From IMG/VR virus record IMGVR_UViG_3300043449_002292, positions 32,001 through 96,000 of that record: DNA of 64,000 bases. One strand, given 5' to 3'. The stretch comes from a virus. The notes beneath the pieces were generated by a model. That model was not told the DNA's origin and searched no databases. It was given only the letters and a program-made list of their open reading frames with translations. A program made the translations under genes and the position numbers. The first letter of the stretch is position 1. Each line of letters begins with the position of its first letter. Shown in pieces: positions 46,501 to 56,070 of this stretch.

Positions 46501-46636
46501 AGGTCTGTCGGTTAGCTGTCGAGTAGTCGTTGTCACCCGGCTCGATGATCCCATCACCATCCGGTGTGGTCGTGTCACCGAGCCCAGTTCGAGCTTCGAA
46601 CTTTGGAACTGGTGGGGTAAATCTCGTGCTTGACAT
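43529..46636 (-). CDS. Baseplate/tube-initiator-type structural protein
   Basis: PFYFQDLRT...LSDSYTANY..GYGRIEEVKTY..TKRSVGFSF...KLTTMVYPQW, PVVRVRIGDLI; directly downstream of the tape measure. Confidence 0.65.
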   Translation of the reverse strand: MSSTRFTPPVPKFEARTGLGDTTTPDGDGIIEPGDNDYSTANRQTLRSYISSLTKGVVPTEDIVEYNGPNPPPHANPFPLNDLSIEERGFSDQSGLRDAAYRDGLPGSPLDGALIEDIVKTGPLGEANDSVELSGHELLSGVVGSDAADGAVKTTTAGAKAYVSSIGQALSNKNLYSGNLTVDGGDTFDDRSFTVDDGAATSKRVRLGVGSLGSSYDVSDVKLTDVKDLGEIGRNLMVSAMGVEPAKYEDFNQWLAGPGGISQLEEPIRVAVAAQGTSLDDLNRTMANGGQDAITSDDGLGNTDGRYASRVWPVPFSPDATFTGATTSQAAFAAFVTGGTFVAAVLAAAVIGLIPGGEKGDVPAEVNSGLRNPRKLKSGKFKYEPADSLLGTLTQGLNALSDLTGLSLQNPIYMPTNKLVGYGDCVVAGLASFLGVSYGIDPSLILDLGIILNGNTAVLLGEITARILVIYADSTSRQYYMGIIRELNRDTAALGSSIENFGSAVGAAALDIVGIGSGPSIFDSKLFKFVNTLAQIGDLAYTQAAAIDYRKTDLESDPDVVYANFDPLSNTGGQKVLMQGFGARRVYGDKIKNRRGTSYALYDLPSYHLVPSDITQSYRSLLDESNSRISYRIKSVTTQGDVNGRLRFSPEQVSAIESTLDAEYMPFYFQDLRTNEIIAFHAFLEDLSDSYTANYNSAGGYGRIEEVKTYKDTKRSVGFSFNIVAMNPDDFDYMWWQINKLTTMVYPQWSKGRDLTAKVGTTSDFKFTQPFSQIPTATPVVRVRIGDLIRSNYSRFNLKRIFGYQDKEKKQSTATAGFAASTLYTISPGVYATFDGKHLVELESEGTAIKDPALSGEYYDNIFRIISGEGLGLPIGKSIIVDPEKYSKAAAAGFDASADVTSFYDPENNAIVRSFETTRGLGLAGVVTQLQFTWMDQGIVWGAGEDGPGNRAPRACKVQVSLEPIHDIAPGLDHEGFNRAPIYPIGNLINSVVEGGDSEPYGAGTQTRTLERGDNAGSKVAYEEAYKQSVLQKLF

Positions 46637-46872
46637 CAGAATCTCCTGGGCTGCCGACGACCGGGCTGCTTGGGGGTCGTATCGACCCCAGCTTTATTTA
46701 GTGAGGAGGCGAACTTACCCATCGCGTCTCCAGGTAGTCCAGCGCAGAGGTGCTCATAGGGTTTAAGCTGCTCCGCAAGTGCTGCGATCGCAGCTGGACG
46801 ATCGGCCTCAGGCACCTGCTCGAGAAGCGATTGATAGATGGGAGTCATCTTAAGGAGTTCTATGAGGGTCAT
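46636..46872 (-). CDS. Hypothetical protein
   Basis: Coupled ORF between the tape measure and baseplate genes. Confidence 0.6.
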   Translation of the reverse strand: MTLIELLKMTPIYQSLLEQVPEADRPAAIAALAEQLKPYEHLCAGLPGDAMGKFASSLNKAGVDTTPKQPGRRQPRRF

Positions 46873-46879
46873 GTTCTAT

Positions 46880-49800
46880 TCACTTCGGTTTCGGTGGGTT
46901 CCAAGTGTCGCCATCTTTGGTTTTGTTATATCCAATTGAGGTGTCATTCTCGAAGATGTCGTTGATTCCGTCGTTGTTCTGCATGAACTTCTTGAAATTG
47001 TCCGTCGCTGCGACGTAACCGCCCATGATCAGTGATTCGGAGATCTTCTGGGCGTTCATTGTCACGTTGAGCTGCACGTTGACATTCACGGTCCCTCCAG
47101 CCACGCTCAGGGAGGTCTTCGCGACCCTCATGTTCTTCTCAAGGCGATCGATCGTCGCGTCGAGTCGAACGGTCTCAAGGTCGGCGAGGATCTCATTGAT
47201 ATTCATGGTGTGACCGACGAGGGCTGTGAGCCGCTCCTCGAACTGCGTCATACGATCCTCGCTGAGACCTTTAACGACATCCTCGATGTTGTAAGCGAGA
47301 TCTGTGATGCCCTTGATAGCCTCGTTGAGGGGCTGGATCTCCTTCACGGCATCTTTCATATTCTTGATGTTGTTGATCATCTCGCTTGAGATTCCGAAAT
47401 CCGCGCCGAAGGACTGGCCCACCCAGAATCCGAACTGCCCGAGCAATGCGATGAATCCACCCGGCATATCAGCCAGGGTTTGGGCTGACGTCAGGGACGT
47501 CAGATTTGGGATAACGGTATTCACGTCGGTCAGACCTTCAAGCGAGGTGATGATCGTCTTCAGCGCGTCAATGGCCTTCGACATGTTCTGCACGGTGTCT
47601 TTCGTTTCATCGGTGATGGAGTTATCTTTGAATTTTTCATTAAACTGTGTTGCGAAGACGCCGAGCTGAGCCACCATGCCGGTTCCACCGGTAAGATCCA
47701 GCATTTTTTTATTGGCATCATCGACGTCTCCTATTCCGATCAACGTGGTGATCGTTGTTCCGATCGACGTGAGAGCAACGTTCAGACCCCCGATAGACTT
47801 TGCGGAATCACCTGCAACCCCATAGTTCAGGTAGTCTGCAAACCATCCGGAAAGGGCTAGGACCCTGCTCAGAAATCCCGTCGTCCCTTCCTCACCTGTC
47901 GTTCCGGTTAGGTCCTGCAACCTCCTCGTCGCTTCTTTGGTGTCACCCAGACCCGCCAGCGTCGTGATGATGGCGCCAATTCCCGTGACGGCCGCACCCA
48001 GCTTGCCGATCTGCTCGCCCTTGCCCGCGGCCGCGGAGGCGTCGCCCATCAAGTTGAGCTGGCCGATCAGGCCCATCCTCTTGCCGTCGCCCTTCAGGAG
48101 CGTGAAGGCGGTCGCGATGGCATCAAACATTCCCTCTGTATCGATCGTTCCGGCCCAGTCCTTCGGAATCGCAGCATCGATCGCTGAGACTGAGTTGATC
48201 ACGCCCTGCAATGTGGTCGCTATCTGCTGCAGGGATCCGATCTGGCTGGTCATCCCCGCGGCATACGTCAGATTCGTCTTGAACGTCTCATCGCTGAACG
48301 GTTCCACAAGCTGCTTGATCACGTCCCCGATACCCTCCAGGACGCTCGTCAGAACCCCTTTCGTGCCCTCGGCGACACCGAGCTTGCTGGCGACCCAGGT
48401 GGCAGCCGCAGCACCGACAAGTCCCATCGTGCCCATCTTCTCGTGCATCTTGCTGATGCCGAACATGGCACCCGCGACCGCGATGCCGAACACGGCAAGG
48501 ATACCTCCCAAGGCAAGGAGGTCCCCTATGCCGACATTCTCGAGTTTCTTCGCTGACTCAGCTATAAGGTCAACGAAGCTGTAGGTCTTATCAGGCAGCG
48601 GCTCCATGAGCGAGGCCATGAGCTCGGCGATGGCGCCTCCGATCGTCTTGATCGCCACGCCGACGGCAGCGGCCATCGTTGCGATCCTGAGCGGATCCTC
48701 TATGATATCGAAGAGCCTCTCCATCATGCCCTTACCGGTGGTAAGCGTGTCAGCTATCGGTGACTCGATCCCGCTCGAAAGACCTGAGGCGACATCTGCC
48801 GCGGCCCCCGAGGCAGCCCCGACAGCGCCCCCGGTGGATACCGCCTCCCCGACCGCATCGAATATCTTTCCAGTCTCCCCGAAGAACATGTTCGCGATCT
48901 CGGTGATCGTCGACATGATCGGACCACCCCCGACGAAGATTCCAGCGATCGCGGTTGCCCAGGGATACTGCTCGAACATCCTCATGATCGCGTCAATGAT
49001 TGCGCCACCGAGATCCGGCAGCTGATCCAGCAGCTTCGGAAGCGCGACCTTCAGGCGATCGACGGATTTTTTGAAGGCTGATTGGATCCCGCCCGTGACG
49101 CCTGATTCTCCATCATCCGTGAACATCTTCGTCAGGTTGTCGATCCACCTTGGGATGCTATCGACGAGCCACTCAACGCCGCCGACAAGAACGTCAAGCA
49201 TGAACTGTCCGAACCTCGCGGCCATATCCATGAAGCTAAAGTTTCCAACCCCCTCTGTGAAAGCTTTGGAAATGGATGTGAAGACGCCACCGAGGAGCTC
49301 CTTAACGCCCCCGACCACATCGCCCTCCTTCACCTTGGTTATGAAACTCTCAACGCTTGTTGCGATCTCCTCGAACATCGTGCCGATCTTGGTGAACAGC
49401 CCAAGAAATGCTTGACCATCATCATTCTTGAACAGGACCGCCGAGAATATCCTACCCACCCTCTGACCGATTACAGCCACGTCAATCATCTTCTTAGCAA
49501 GGTCCCCGATAGTTTTTAGGACACCTTTTGAGCCAAAGAACCCCCGACCGAATCCCTCGAAGAATGCTGACATGAAACCCGTGAATTCCTTAAACGGCGT
49601 GATGACGTTCTCAATGTTGTCCGCAAGATCCTTGAATGTCTCCTCGGTCGACTTCTGCTTCTTGTTCGCCGCGTCAGCGCCCGCGACGATCTCATCGTAG
49701 GACATCGCCAGACCCTGTGAGGAGAACGCAAGACTCACCTGCTTCTCGGTGAGACCCGCAGTGTCAGCGAGCAGCTTGCGATCCACGCGTGACATCTCGT

Positions 49801-50956
49801 CGATCGATCTGCCCGTCGCCGCGAACGCGCGCTGGAGCTCCTGCAGACGATCGGCTGCGCCTTCCATGTTCCTCAGCTTCAGGGGATCGAGAACCATGCC
49901 GAAACCCTGCGCGAGGCTGGCGGCCGCCTCCGCACCCTGCTCGAAGTCATCGAACTTGTCAACGAGCCCGGTGAGCTCGGTGATCTCTATGCCTAGCTTT
50001 CGTGTGAAGACGGCGGCCTGAGTCATCTCCTTCACGTAATTGCCAGTCATCTTTCCCAGGAGCTTGAAATTGTTCAACGCAGCGCCGACGTCCTTTCCGA
50101 GAACCTTCGTGGAGATACCGAAATTTCTTCCGATCTTGTCGACCGATGACAATATCTCCTGAGAGAGTGACTTGGTGCTTCTGCCAGTCGCAATGGCAAG
50201 GGTCGCGGTTTGCTGCATCGCCTCGGAGGAGAAACCGAGACCTTCCTTCAGGAGGTAGAGCTCGTCCGAGGCTTCGTTGAACTCCGAACCCAGCGCGTCG
50301 GTGATCGCCCCCATATCCTCGAAGACTTCCATGGCCTTCTCAACACGGTCGATGGATCCATCGATTCCAGGGGCGAACTTGGAGGCGAAGACGTTCGCTC
50401 CTCCTGCAGCCTCCTTCAGGCTGCTCCCCATCGTTGTCGCCATTGTCTTGACACGAGCCGCTGATGTCTCAGTGAAGCTGCCAACTTTCGCGCGCACCTT
50501 CTCGTAGGCTTCGGCGAGCTCGTACAACTTCTGCGCCATCTCGACCGCTTTCTTAATGAGAGTGTCGTACATTGTCGAGAGAACTCCGAAGGCAGCCTGC
50601 ACCGGGTTCATGATGATATCATGAAGTGAGGTGAAGTTCGTTCCCAGGAGCGCAAGACCCTCACTGAAGGGCGTGGTGAACTTCTCCCACACTCCCTCAC
50701 CGACGAAATCTTTTATCTTTCCGGTGAACGTGCTCCACATGCCGCTGGTCTTCTCGAGCTCCTCACCGGCGGACGACATGCTGCCCGCCATGTCATTGAC
50801 CGCTGGCACTGCATCCTGCGCAGCTTCCGTCACGTTTCGGAACGCGGCGGCCTGGGATCCAGCACCCTCCGAGATCGCAGTCAGCAGCTCACGCTGCTGC
50901 TTGAGGGACGCGTTAATCTCCTGAAGTATCTGTAGTTGCTCAGCTTGGATGTCCAC
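46880..50956 (-). CDS. Tape measure protein
   Basis: 1358 aa, helical Ala/Gly-rich with hydrophobic stretches; located after tube and chaperones; ATAGTTA at 50980-50986. Confidence 0.85.
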   Translation of the reverse strand: MDIQAEQLQILQEINASLKQQRELLTAISEGAGSQAAAFRNVTEAAQDAVPAVNDMAGSMSSAGEELEKTSGMWSTFTGKIKDFVGEGVWEKFTTPFSEGLALLGTNFTSLHDIIMNPVQAAFGVLSTMYDTLIKKAVEMAQKLYELAEAYEKVRAKVGSFTETSAARVKTMATTMGSSLKEAAGGANVFASKFAPGIDGSIDRVEKAMEVFEDMGAITDALGSEFNEASDELYLLKEGLGFSSEAMQQTATLAIATGRSTKSLSQEILSSVDKIGRNFGISTKVLGKDVGAALNNFKLLGKMTGNYVKEMTQAAVFTRKLGIEITELTGLVDKFDDFEQGAEAAASLAQGFGMVLDPLKLRNMEGAADRLQELQRAFAATGRSIDEMSRVDRKLLADTAGLTEKQVSLAFSSQGLAMSYDEIVAGADAANKKQKSTEETFKDLADNIENVITPFKEFTGFMSAFFEGFGRGFFGSKGVLKTIGDLAKKMIDVAVIGQRVGRIFSAVLFKNDDGQAFLGLFTKIGTMFEEIATSVESFITKVKEGDVVGGVKELLGGVFTSISKAFTEGVGNFSFMDMAARFGQFMLDVLVGGVEWLVDSIPRWIDNLTKMFTDDGESGVTGGIQSAFKKSVDRLKVALPKLLDQLPDLGGAIIDAIMRMFEQYPWATAIAGIFVGGGPIMSTITEIANMFFGETGKIFDAVGEAVSTGGAVGAASGAAADVASGLSSGIESPIADTLTTGKGMMERLFDIIEDPLRIATMAAAVGVAIKTIGGAIAELMASLMEPLPDKTYSFVDLIAESAKKLENVGIGDLLALGGILAVFGIAVAGAMFGISKMHEKMGTMGLVGAAAATWVASKLGVAEGTKGVLTSVLEGIGDVIKQLVEPFSDETFKTNLTYAAGMTSQIGSLQQIATTLQGVINSVSAIDAAIPKDWAGTIDTEGMFDAIATAFTLLKGDGKRMGLIGQLNLMGDASAAAGKGEQIGKLGAAVTGIGAIITTLAGLGDTKEATRRLQDLTGTTGEEGTTGFLSRVLALSGWFADYLNYGVAGDSAKSIGGLNVALTSIGTTITTLIGIGDVDDANKKMLDLTGGTGMVAQLGVFATQFNEKFKDNSITDETKDTVQNMSKAIDALKTIITSLEGLTDVNTVIPNLTSLTSAQTLADMPGGFIALLGQFGFWVGQSFGADFGISSEMINNIKNMKDAVKEIQPLNEAIKGITDLAYNIEDVVKGLSEDRMTQFEERLTALVGHTMNINEILADLETVRLDATIDRLEKNMRVAKTSLSVAGGTVNVNVQLNVTMNAQKISESLIMGGYVAATDNFKKFMQNNDGINDIFENDTSIGYNKTKDGDTWNPPKPK

Positions 50957-51001
50957 GCTATCTCACCGATGCTATTCCCTAACTATGCGGGAGAGCTTTT
51001 T

Positions 51002-51262
51002 TCAGTAACGCCATTCCCTTCCGATAACGCGTCTGAACTCGGCCGCAGCAACCTGACGTGTCCTTATCATCTCGGTGACAGCGTCAAGGTTCGTGCTATT
51101 GTCGCAGAGCGCCTCGTAGAGCCGCCGTGAGGCGTTCATCGCATTGCGGATCGCCTCCACTTGCTTCTTATCACCGGAGAAGCTCGGGACGTTTCCGCCC
51201 TCGAGGATGTAACGACCTGCTGACCTGAAGATCTCCGTGAGAACTTTTTCCTGTTTTTCCAT
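51002..51262 (-). CDS. Hypothetical tail-region protein
   Basis: AGGAG RBS; ATACTTA at 51282-51288. Confidence 0.7.
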   Translation of the reverse strand: MEKQEKVLTEIFRSAGRYILEGGNVPSFSGDKKQVEAIRNAMNASRRLYEALCDNSTNLDAVTEMIRTRQVAAAEFRRVIGREWRY

Positions 51263-51287
51263 CTTGCAAAACTCCTGCGATTAAGTA

Positions 51288-51560
51288 TTACGTGAATCGA
51301 CGAAGCCGCGCAGGAGTCTCCCCCCGATGCATCCCCATCAGCGCACGTGTCTGGGCGTCGTTCTGATGGGCAGCTCGGGTCGGTGTGTTCTGCTTCTCAC
51401 TGTTACGTGAGAGCTCCTTGTTGAGCCGTGTGATGAACCAGGCACGATACTGGATGGGAATGTTGTAGCACTCCCAGTAGCTGAAGCCCATGTAATACAT
51501 GAGCAGGAAGCTCTGCTCGAGGTAGATCTCACGATCCTCAGGCGTCAGGCCAAAAAAAGC
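51288..51560 (-). CDS. Tail assembly chaperone C-terminal extension, probably reached by frameshift
   Basis: Frame opens across the T7 run: FFGLTPEDREIYLEQSFLLMYYMGFSYWECYNIPIQYRAWF. Confidence 0.6.
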   Translation of the reverse strand, partial: AFFGLTPEDREIYLEQSFLLMYYMGFSYWECYNIPIQYRAWFITRLNKELSRNSEKQNTPTRAAHQNDAQTRALMGMHRGETPARLRRFT

Positions 51561-52380
51561 TGGCGCCGAGCGGCACCCGCACCTCGCTCTGCTCACCGCA
51601 GGATGCGCAGTCGAACTCTCCCTTCAGCTCGATGCCGGGCTCATTCGCGTCGATGTGCTTACGAAGCGCCATCGAGTCACGGGCAGGCATGTTGCGGATG
51701 AAGCCGTTGATCGAGGAGCGGTCGGTCTTACCATCGATCGAGACGATGGAATACTGGAGACGGGTGGTCACCGCGCTGTCAGCGATCGCACCCTGCTTCT
51801 TCGCGCGTTCCGTGATGGTGTTGATCTCCTCCTCATCACGACCCGTCAGGAACTTGAAGTGCACGGCCTTCTTCGTGATCGGAAGCTTGAACTCGAAGAC
51901 GTTCTGACCCACGGTGACAGGGTCAGCCTGGAGACGCTTGATCGGCATGTCGGCAAGGTTGAACTCCTGCTTCGAGCGAGTGTTGCACTTCGGGCAGTCA
52001 GCCTCAACACGATACTCCGCACCGTAACCGGTGATGCGAAGGGCGACCATGATCGCGTTACGATCACCAGCGAGCATGTCCTGCACCTGGATCCGCTTGT
52101 CCGTCAGGCAGCTCCTGATAAGTTCGGTGATGACGGTGCCCTTCTTGATGAGAGCGCGTGAGGTCAGGATGTCCTCCTCACGGGCGGTCATCGCACGAAT
52201 ATCAACGGTCTCCCTCTTGTGAAGCGGACTCTCCGTTGGATAGACGACACCGTTCGAGGGAAGCGGAACGGACTCCACCGGAACCTCGAAACCGAAATCA
52301 TCGCGCATGACATCCTTCGTCTGGATGCCCGCTGGAACCGCCCCACCGAAAAGTGCACTACGATCTGTCTCACCTGCCAC
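51538..52380 (-). CDS. Tail assembly chaperone / T4 gp26-like baseplate hub assembly protein
   Basis: PLPSNG..YP, MTAREEDIL, GDRNAI..LRITGYG, two CxxC, ends FFWPDA. Confidence 0.8.
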   Translation of the reverse strand: MAGETDRSALFGGAVPAGIQTKDVMRDDFGFEVPVESVPLPSNGVVYPTESPLHKRETVDIRAMTAREEDILTSRALIKKGTVITELIRSCLTDKRIQVQDMLAGDRNAIMVALRITGYGAEYRVEADCPKCNTRSKQEFNLADMPIKRLQADPVTVGQNVFEFKLPITKKAVHFKFLTGRDEEEINTITERAKKQGAIADSAVTTRLQYSIVSIDGKTDRSSINGFIRNMPARDSMALRKHIDANEPGIELKGEFDCASCGEQSEVRVPLGASFFWPDA

Positions 52381-52434
52381 GTTGTTGACTCCTAAAATTT
52401 GCTATAGCAATTGTTAGCAATCATATGAGCAAGT

Positions 52435-52465
52435 AAAAAAATGGCCACGCAAAATGCGTGGCCAT
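52435..52465 (-). terminator. Intrinsic terminator after tail tube
   Basis: atggccacgc-aaaat-gcgtggccat followed by a T-run on the minus strand. Confidence 0.85.
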
Positions 52466-52487
52466 CCTTCTTTTAGTGTTATTCCGA

Positions 52488-52976
52488 TCAGTACTGTAGG
52501 ACGCAGTTGTCGAAGCGGAGTGTGAGGGCAATTTCCATGATGTCATCGCCATCATACTTGAGCTCACCGAAGCCCGCCGAGGTGATGAAGGCTCCCTTAA
52601 TATCCCAGAGCTCGATAACGGTGCCGACCGGATCGAGGAGCTTCAGCTGGCAGTCGCGCTTGTAGAAGTCAGCGTAGCCTGCGCGTCCTGATACCGACTC
52701 AAAGTGGGTGCGAATCCATTCCATCACCTGCTGGGCGCCTGAGGGGGCGATCGCATCGTAGAGGGTCACGTCGATCGTCTCGAAGGTCGTCTTGCCGGCG
52801 ATGTAACGACGCGAGTTGATCCAAGGGATCTCCTTCTCCTCAGTCTTCACGCTTGGGCGCTTCGTTGACTTGATGAGGTAAGCATCGATTCCCTCGATGG
52901 CAAAAACCCATCGGTTCGACCTCTTCGGTTCAAACTTGTTGGGTAGCATATCGGTGACTGAGAGTGTCTCGGCCAT
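52488..52976 (-). CDS. Tail tube protein (gp19-like)
   Basis: FEPKRSNRW, GAQQVMEW, YKRD, WDIKGAFI, LTLRFD; ATAGTTA at 52993-52999. Confidence 0.9.
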   Translation of the reverse strand: MAETLSVTDMLPNKFEPKRSNRWVFAIEGIDAYLIKSTKRPSVKTEEKEIPWINSRRYIAGKTTFETIDVTLYDAIAPSGAQQVMEWIRTHFESVSGRAGYADFYKRDCQLKLLDPVGTVIELWDIKGAFITSAGFGELKYDGDDIMEIALTLRFDNCVLQY

Positions 52977-53017
52977 TGTGTCTCCTGTTCCTTAACTATT
53001 GTTGTTATTCTAAATTC

Positions 53018-56000
53018 TTAGAAATTAGCCGCGTTTCTTGCCTCAAAGTCGATCGAGATGAACTCGGCCGCCTTCGTGGGCTGCAGGTAAATCTTACCGC
53101 GGATGGTGTTGTTCTCGATGTCAGCCTGCGTTGTCGTTGTCGTATCGATCTGGACACGGTAACGCTCGACACCACGCTGCGCCTGCACCTGCTTCATGAT
53201 GGGGGTCACGAGGGAGTTGAAGCGGGCGATGGTTGCCTCACGGTTCGGCTCGAAGAGAAGGGTGTAAGCGACGGCCTTCACTCGACGACGAACCTCGATG
53301 AGGAGTCGACGGACGTTGACGCGATCGAGGGCCGAACCTTCAGCAAGCGTTGTTCGTTGTCCGTTGATAATGATCCCAGCGCCCAGTGAGGCGACGATCG
53401 GGTTGATACCGGCGTCATACACGGTGTCGACATTCTCCGCTAGGAACTTCGTGCTGAGCTCCTCTGCAGGGATAATCGCGCGGACGTAACCTGCGGGAGC
53501 ATTCCACGCGTAACCGATACGATCGTTCTGACCGAAGGCACCGAGGACCATCGCGGAAGCCGGAACTCTCATGGACACCGGGATCCCGTTTCCTGGATCG
53601 ATCGAGGCGAAGAGATCCGGGAAGTATGCAGCACCGAAGGAGTTGTTAAGACCGCGGTTACGGAAGCGTGTCGTTGTGTAGTTGACGTTGACACTCGGAT
53701 ACGTGTCGGAGGAGATCGACGCGGTGATGTAGCTGTTGGTCTCGTCCTTCAACTCAACGTCCATGATGTAGAGCGCATCAAACTTCGTCTGCATGGACGA
53801 CAGGGCATAATCCGTGACTGCGGGATGACGAACATCCGGGATCGCCAGGAGGCTAACGTCGGAGTAGGTCTTGTTCGACATGATATCGACCGCCTTGCGG
53901 TAAGCAGCGACCGTCGGTCCGTTGAGCTCTCCCTGGTTGGTGTTATCGAGCTCACGACGGATAGCAGAGTCACGCATGTAGAACTTGTCAGCGTCGAAGA
54001 CGTTCAGACCATCGAATCCGCCCTGCATGAAGGTTACGAACTTCAGGTAGCTCCTGTTTGAAGCGTATGAGAAGTCGACGTTAACGTCCAGGAACCTTCC
54101 ACCCAGGGTGCTATCAAGAACTCCGTCACGCTGGTATACAGCCTCATCCCAGCGGGTCGTATCAATCGTGGTGTCGGAGCTTGTCATCACCTGGACCCTC
54201 TCCAGCGTGAAGAGGTTCTTGTTGAAGAGATCCGCGTCAACCACGGAGCCATTGACGTTCTGAGCACCCTCGTTTCCACCCGCCCAGGGGTTCTGGTATG
54301 TCGTGTGGAACTTGGGGAAATACTTCGTGTATGCAGAGAACGCGCCAGCGCCCAGGAGCGTGGTAGGAGCCGTGGTTCCATCGTTCGGCTGCGTTGTTGA
54401 GTTGCAGACATTGAACTGTGGTCCCCAGTAATACTTGCTCTCACCAGTCGCATTCGGATCGGCAGCGGCGGCGCCGATATTGATGCTGTGCCTGAAGAAG
54501 ATCGGCAGCTCACGAGCATTCGTCGTTGGAACGGTGAGGTGTGGGCTGTTACCGTAAGATCCTGTGGTGAGGAACCCAGAACCTGATGTCACAAGGTGGT
54601 AGTATCCACGTGAACCGACCGGCAGTGTGTTGGTCGGAACAATCTTGTTGATGACATCGTCTGAGAGTTCGATCCTGATACGACGTGAGGCCTTACCGTA
54701 GAGACCGTCCTCGATAACTTTCTGCGCGTCAGCCGTGCGATCGAAATCAAAGTAGGTGTTGAGATCACCGATCTTCTTTCCAACGAAGTTGGAGCTGTCA
54801 GGATCGAGATCACAATCAACGTAACTCTCTAGGACGACGGGTGAATCATCGCTGTCATCGAAGCTCCGCAGCTTGACGGTGAACCTACCGTAGGAGTCAG
54901 CCGTGGTAGGATACTTGATGTTCTCGATTGTTATCTTGTAGAGCTCGTTTGAATCGGCGCCGTCGGAACGTGCGTGGAACTTGAAGAGGTTGTACCTTGT
55001 TCCACCGAAGTTCTGGGAGACGATGAACGGGGTCGCTGGGTGCTGATAACGATCCTCGAAACCCTCGTAGTTGGGGAACGTGGCAGTTCCGTTATTTGCC
55101 GTCTGCGTTCCACTCAGGCAGAAGACGATCTCCTCGATCGATGTGTTCACGTCGACGCGACGAACGAGATCCTGTGCGGCGATTCCGGATCCTGTTGGAA
55201 CCGCGAAGGCATCGAGAACATCGTAATGGTTGTAGAGAACGTATCCATACTCCTCGACAAGACGGGGATTTGTGTTTAACGTTCTCGCGAAGTAGCTGAG
55301 ATCGCTTGGGTTAAGCGAGGCGCTGATAACGCTCGGATACGCATCCGAGTCGGTGTGGCCGTTCAGGAACAGGGTGAAGTTCTGCTTGCCGCTGCGAAGA
55401 TCGAGCGACCCAGTGAACCATCCCTTAGCCGGAATCGCGGTCGTAGCAGCGGAAGAGTAGGTATCCGAAGTGGCTCCGGGAGCGGAGCTCGAAACGGTGA
55501 TCTGAACGCCTGACGCGGCGAAGAGAACGCCGCGGATGATCGGCTGCGCCGCGGTCGACGTCTGAACTCCTGAATCAGAGAGTAACCAGGAACCAGCAGA
55601 TTCCGACATGTAGCAGCCGAGGAAGTATGTCCTTCCGTTGATTCCGCTCGTGGTGGCGTATGGATTGTTTCCAAGCTGACCCGTCGCAGTCTGCACCTTC
55701 TGCGACCCTACCACGAAGCCAGCGTTAGTAACCTTGCCAGCGTTCGGGGAAGCTGTCGTGCGTTTATTTCCATCACCGACGCCAAGAACCCTGACATACG
55801 TTCCCGCCGATGCGTTGTTCAGCCACTGATTCAGGGCCACCGGCGCCGGACGATCAGCGCTTGGGTATCCAAACTCAGTCCTGAACTGCTGAGCGTTGGC
55901 GAAAGTCAGGGGAACGAAAGCAGTTCCCTGATCGGCTGTTCCGATCACTCCCGCGGCGCGACCCGATGGTTGAACCTCGGTCACCCCACCGGTGCTATCG

Positions 56001-56032
56001 ATCTCATTTAACGTGATATTTGGCGCAGCCAT
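53018..56032 (-). CDS. Tail sheath protein (paralogue 2)
   Basis: FMQGGFDG, WNAPAGY.R, INPI, LDRVNVRRLL, LFEPN, PTKAAEFISIDF; ATAGTTA at 56058-56064. Confidence 0.92.
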   Translation of the reverse strand: MAAPNITLNEIDSTGGVTEVQPSGRAAGVIGTADQGTAFVPLTFANAQQFRTEFGYPSADRPAPVALNQWLNNASAGTYVRVLGVGDGNKRTTASPNAGKVTNAGFVVGSQKVQTATGQLGNNPYATTSGINGRTYFLGCYMSESAGSWLLSDSGVQTSTAAQPIIRGVLFAASGVQITVSSSAPGATSDTYSSAATTAIPAKGWFTGSLDLRSGKQNFTLFLNGHTDSDAYPSVISASLNPSDLSYFARTLNTNPRLVEEYGYVLYNHYDVLDAFAVPTGSGIAAQDLVRRVDVNTSIEEIVFCLSGTQTANNGTATFPNYEGFEDRYQHPATPFIVSQNFGGTRYNLFKFHARSDGADSNELYKITIENIKYPTTADSYGRFTVKLRSFDDSDDSPVVLESYVDCDLDPDSSNFVGKKIGDLNTYFDFDRTADAQKVIEDGLYGKASRRIRIELSDDVINKIVPTNTLPVGSRGYYHLVTSGSGFLTTGSYGNSPHLTVPTTNARELPIFFRHSINIGAAAADPNATGESKYYWGPQFNVCNSTTQPNDGTTAPTTLLGAGAFSAYTKYFPKFHTTYQNPWAGGNEGAQNVNGSVVDADLFNKNLFTLERVQVMTSSDTTIDTTRWDEAVYQRDGVLDSTLGGRFLDVNVDFSYASNRSYLKFVTFMQGGFDGLNVFDADKFYMRDSAIRRELDNTNQGELNGPTVAAYRKAVDIMSNKTYSDVSLLAIPDVRHPAVTDYALSSMQTKFDALYIMDVELKDETNSYITASISSDTYPSVNVNYTTTRFRNRGLNNSFGAAYFPDLFASIDPGNGIPVSMRVPASAMVLGAFGQNDRIGYAWNAPAGYVRAIIPAEELSTKFLAENVDTVYDAGINPIVASLGAGIIINGQRTTLAEGSALDRVNVRRLLIEVRRRVKAVAYTLLFEPNREATIARFNSLVTPIMKQVQAQRGVERYRVQIDTTTTTQADIENNTIRGKIYLQPTKAAEFISIDFEARNAANF

Positions 56033-56070
56033 TCGTTGAACTCCTTAATCTCTCGCTTAACTATTGCTGA

